This document shows positions 59,470 through 64,000 of a stretch of DNA of 64,000 nt, in pieces. The stretch is from positions 90,582,001 to 90,646,000 of the forward strand of contig OZ024740.1 in the NCBI GenBank assembly GCA_964016885.1, given 5' to 3'. Under the pieces are notes generated by a model, which saw only the letters and a list, made by a program, of their open reading frames with translations, had not been told where the DNA came from and searched no databases. The stretch's first letter is position 1. The number at the start of each line of letters is the position of its first letter. Source of the DNA: Eledone cirrhosa (Eukaryota). Both the position numbers and the translations under genes were made by a program.

Positions 59470-60624
59470 AATATATAAAATTAAGTATGTGTGTGTGTCT
59501 GTGTGTCTGTGTATTACCTATAGGGGCCTACATCTTACGACCGATTTTCATGAAACTTTACAGGCTCATAGATTATTCATCGGATAGTATTTTCTATATA
59601 TCAGCGTATCGTTTCTTTTTATTCCGGAGTCATTCTGCTGATAAAAATCGACAGGGGAGTCACCTTTTTTTAGTTATCGAAAAATAAGCTTTTGGGATCT
59701 AGCTCCCACATTTTGCCACCGATTTCGTTCAAATTTTAAAGCAAAATAGAATGTATCATTGCACATCCTATAATTCCTTTATCTTTTGCATTTGTTCTTC
59801 AGAAACGGCGTGGCAGCCGCTTAAATATTAAAAAAATACAACTTTTAAACTTAAATTTCCACTTTTACGGCTCTAGGTCCCACATTAATCAACCTACTTT
59901 GTTCAAATTTTACACTACGCTAGATCTAATTATTTCACGTCTTAAAGTTGCTTTACATTTTACATTTTTTGTTTATTCGAAAATACCACGTTTTCGCTCA
60001 AATTTCCGCCTTTTCAGCTCTAGCTCCCACATTTTTCAACCGATTTCGTTCAAATTCGAAACTTCGGCTCCACCTCACACATAAACTAATTTATTTCGTT
60101 CAACTTTTATACTACGATAGAACCTATATTTGCACATATTATAGTAGCTTTACACTTGGATTTTTTGTTCAGGGACGGCGACCTATCATTAGCTCCCACA
60201 TTTTTCAACCGATTTCGTTCAAATTCGAAACTTCGGCTCCAGCTCACACATAAATCAATTTATTTTGTTCAACTTAGATACTACGATATAACCTATCATT
60301 GCACATCTTATAGATGGTCAAAGGCAAAACAATGGCTACTGACGTCGTCTGAGGTTTTAGTAGTGTATTTGAGAATTCATCGGTTTCCAATCAAGTAGCG
60401 TGATGAAATTTGACTTAGTGTTAGATGTCATTTCCTCACTCCCCCAGCAATCCCCTTCGTCAGTCACCCGCGTTTCCTAGTGATAGAGGTCATCACCACC
60501 CTCCCCAACATGGCCTGTGTGTGGCCATATATGAGTCATCGAGAAGCATTCGCTAAGATCAGCACCTTTTCATCAAAGCAGATATTACTTTACATACCCA
60601 GGCAACGCTGGGTACTGCTGCTAG
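59470..60624 (+). mobile_element. Non-autonomous Helitron-type element with internal repeats
   Basis: A 3' hairpin tacccag-gcaacg-ctgggta (60595-60614) is followed by CTAG|T. Repeated tagctcccacatttttcaaccgatttcgttcaaatt blocks occur at about 59700, 59875, 60021 and 60190. The 5' end has a TA-rich start followed by a (GT/CTGT) stretch. Confidence 0.75.
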
Positions 60625-60908
60625 TATATATATACATATATATATGAACATGTTAAACATGTTCCTATTACCCACTCTACTACTCTAAGTATTTAGTACT
60701 CAGGTGCTTTATGTGCATCTGGTTCCTTACACACTCCCTTCGTTAAATATATATATATTTATTTATTTAGGTTTGTTGGTTCACCACTGGATAGATCTGG
60801 TAATTCCCTATGCTCAACCTCGATGTAGTATTATGGAGAGCACTCGACGTAATGCAACTCACCCATCTTATTTTGTATAGTCGGTGGTGCGAGTACGGAC
60901 TTAATTGT

Positions 60909-61257
60909 TATAAAATAACAGGAGGCTGGATTGGTGTAATTCGTAAAAAGGTTTATTATACTATGATAATTTCAGTGACATGATTCAGTATGAATCCGGT
61001 GACATCATGAGGTATTCGAAATATAACAAAGGAATATAATAGACAAAATCCATGGTGCTGCAAATCAGAGACATGTGGGCGGCCGAACATTCAGCAGCTT
61101 CTAGCCCGGCCGCGCTCGAGTTATAATTCGCCTTCCTTTGTTATATTTCGAATACCTGATGATGTCTCCGGATTCATACTTAACCCGGTCACTGAAATGA
61201 TCATAGTATAATACACTTTTAAAGGAATTACATCAGTCCAACCTCCTGTTATTATAT
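60909..61257. repeat. Fold-back (arms of about 123 bp, spacer of about 100 bp) carrying a hammerhead
   Basis: 60909-61032 is the reverse complement of 61135-61257. Confidence 0.88.
61152..61209 (+). ncRNA. Type I hammerhead (mirror copy at 60958-61015 has CUCAUGA)
   Basis: atac-CUGAUGA-tgtctccgg..ccggtcact-GAAA-tgatca-UA-gtat. Stem II is imperfect. Confidence 0.7.
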
Positions 61258-61361
61258 AATATATATATTATATATGTATATATATATATATAATACATAA
61301 CAGAGTCTAAAAGTTTTAATATAGAAGAGCTTCCAAGCTTTTCTATATATTATATATCTCT

Positions 61362-61408
<47 letters not shown>

Positions 61409-61436
61409 ATATAGATATATATATAATTATTAAAAA

Positions 61437-61773
61437 TGTAAGCTATCGCTGTATTTTGACTAAATAAATTAAAGAAATTATTTAGCCTGATAGTGGGGTT
61501 AAGAACCCTCGGAAAAATGGAAAAGTATGACTATTGACGTACATGGGAGTCGAACCCACATCTTTGGGGTTATCCAGAACGCTGTGCTACCATTTACACC
61601 AACACATGGGTGATGTGTTGGTGTAATGGTAGCACAGTGGTCCGGATGTAGGTTCGACTGCCTTGTACGTCAATACTCATATTTTTCCCTTTTTCCGAGG
61701 GTTCTTAACCCCACTATCAGGCTAAATAATTTATTTAATTTCTTTAGTCAAAATACGGCGATATCTTTTACAT
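61437..61773. repeat. Fold-back with two head-to-head tRNA-derived sequences at its centre (61535-61608 minus, 61612-61672 plus)
   Basis: A box tggtgtaatgg, B box ggttcgactcc and acceptor-like gatgtgt/gtacgtc. The anticodon arm is irregular or deleted. Confidence 0.75.
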
Positions 61774-63084
61774 GCGTACCCATTCTATTCGTTACCCTCT
61801 AAGAAGGAATATGACGTCACTTTCAGCTTATATCTGGAGTCTAAAAGACAACCAAACCCAATATCAGTTACACTGGGAGATCCTAGCTAGGGCTAGCCCG
61901 TATAACGGTAATAAAAATACCATATGACATCTGCGCCGCTTGGCCCCGGAAATGCTCTACGCCATAGACCACATCTTAAACAAAAAAATCGGAGGCAATT
62001 TCGTCTTGTAAACATAAATTACACAAAACTTTCCTGTATTACAGCCCCACATTATACCCTAACGGATTGTACGATCTATACGTGGATATTTTACGTCTTG
62101 ATGTGGTAGCTAAGTATATGTTATGTTTATACCATTACTTATTTGCATAGGTAAGTATATATTACCTGTATGTTTTGTGAAGGTTCGTATAATTTATCGT
62201 ACGTATATTTGATTGTATATGTTATGGCGTATATTTTTATATATTCTGGTACATATGTTTTTGTTTATGTGTATACGGGAGTTTTGTGTCTGTGTGAGTA
62301 TGCGGGTTCGTACGTATGTTTGGTGTCTCTATATGTTTGGTTGACGTGCGTCTCCGAACATTTGTGTATTTACATGTAGGTATATGTGTGCGCTTGTTAT
62401 ATACGTATTTATTTATTTATATACGTTCATTTAATTCCTTATTTATTTGTATACACGCACACACACACACATACACACATATGTATATGTGCGTGGTTTT
62501 GTATACCTATGGCAACTGTTTTCGCGTATGCTTGTGTATGTACGTATTTGGATGCATGTATGTATTTATTTAATTTCAATTACCTCTGTATTGTATTTTA
62601 TGTACTTTATTCTTAACACTGAAGCGGAGATAATTCGGTTTCCTAGTTAGAATTTTAGTCTACGACTTCAGCTATACCATTTACGTGGTTTTGTCTTTGC
62701 GTGCAATTGTTCCCCGCGTTCCACAGATGACGTCTTATCTTTGTTTTTTTCCGTTCATTGCCAGAGAACGTCTCTATGAACCACCTAAGAGAACATTAGT
62801 CTACTACTTCTTTTATACCATAAGCCTGGTTCTGTCTTTGCGTGTAATTGCTTTTACTGCTCCGATTAATGACGTATTATATTCGTTTTTTCCCGTTCTT
62901 TGCCAGGGAACGTTTGCACGAATCAAAGTATCGTCTTCCTTTCTACCTCCGGTTGCAACGTTTTTTGAAATTTCCACATCTGCGTTTACAGATTGACTTT
63001 GTTAGTTTCAGAAGATCCCGTTAAGGTTGAAAGCAGCGATTCTTTGCTTAAACTTTAATCTTTTATTTTAATAAATTAATATAT

Positions 63085-63740
63085 ATATTTATTAGACAGA
63101 ATTGTTTCTTTCCTCATTCACTCTTATCCGGAAACAGTTTTATATGGCTTCAGTTTGTGATTTGAACTCGGGAATTTTATATTCTCCGAGCGAAAAGAGC
63201 CTTCTGAAGAGACTCCCCTTCTCAATGGAAATTCCGCTTGGATTAGCCGTTTATTTTGGGATTCGAAACCGCGCGGTAAAGGCACATATAGTAAGTGCAG
63301 CGAACTTTTTAAAAATTTATTTTAAAACTTTTTCTCTATTTGCTAGACCTTGGTTTTATAAGTTCTGGCTTGTTAATTTATTAACCCGCCATAGAACCAC
63401 ATTTGCATACGGTTGGATAATATTTGTATCCTTATATGTATTTATTACACGTTGGAACACATACTATATTATTATTAATCTCCCCTAAGTTTGAGATAAC
63501 ATTTGGTCGTTTGAACTGCTGCTATTTCTAGTGGCAGGGCATTGACCTGTCCACCCTGCCTTCTGTCTTTATACACGGCACTAGACAGAATTGTTTCTTT
63601 CCTCATTCACTCTCATCCGGGAACAGTTTTGTATGGCGTCAGTTTGTGATTTGAACTCGGGAATTCTATATTCTCCGAGCGAGAAGAGAGTCCCCTTCTC
63701 AATGGAAATTCCGCTTGGATTATCCGTTTATTTGGGGATT
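63085..63740 (+). repeat. Partial tandem repeat (unit of about 500 bp) with a hammerhead in the first copy
   Basis: 63092-63263 is repeated at 63582-63740, and the second copy lacks the CTG core start. Confidence 0.82.
63199..63283 (+). ncRNA. Type I hammerhead ribozyme
   Basis: gcctt-CUGAAGA-gactccc...gggattc-GAAA-ccgcgcgg-UA-aaggc, with an 8-nt palindromic stem III. Confidence 0.85.
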
Positions 63741-64000
63741 GATCCGGTGCTGAAGAGAGAGATTTAAGGGAATGTAGAATGCATTGTATAATGTGTAGAG
63801 GAATGTAGGAAAGAGCGTAAACATAAAAATAATAACACGAGATGTAAGGGAATGTAAAATGAGAAGTAAAGTGTGTGGAGAACGTAGGAAAGAGCGTAAA
63901 ATATAAAAATAATAACACGAGATAGAGTTACATCTGGAGAGATTTAATTGTCCCTATATTTCGGATTCGCACCCATCAAATGGGGGGTTTACTGGGGGGT

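Noticed and set aside
59690-60300. Regularly spaced repeats as a CRISPR-like array
   Set aside because: The context is eukaryotic, the spacers are themselves homologous, there are no cas genes, and a Helitron-type 3' end explains them.
61535-61672. Functional tRNA genes
   Set aside because: The anticodon arms are irregular or deleted and the sequences are embedded in a fold-back repeat. They were treated as tRNA-derived only.
63003-63045. cagaaga-tcccgttaaggtt-gaaa-gcagc, related to 17900-17925
   Set aside because: It is HHR-like but lacks C3U4 and UH in both copies.

Overview
This is AT-rich, microsatellite-dense eukaryotic DNA. The tRNA-derived SINE and the (TA)n/(CA)n load resemble an octopod cephalopod, but that is an inference. 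I found no convincing host gene. The window is almost entirely stacked transposon debris: Penelope-like elements (PLEs, RT plus GIY-YIG, with Neptune-, Naiad- and Nematis-like signatures), RTE, CR1 and Tx1/L1-type LINE remnants, a Chapaev3-like DNA transposon fragment, a Helitron-type element and six near-complete SINE copies. The main unexplained signal is non-coding. By hand I found type I hammerhead ribozyme (HHR) motifs in about 12 unrelated repeat families. Most have a palindromic mini stem III and lie a short distance inside an element end that abuts a (TA)n tract. They occur as tandem units (retrozyme-like), as fold-back palindromes with a ribozyme on each strand, and as two families with a compensatory U3-A8 catalytic core. 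Coordinates were read manually and may be off by a few bases. No database search or RNA folding was run.
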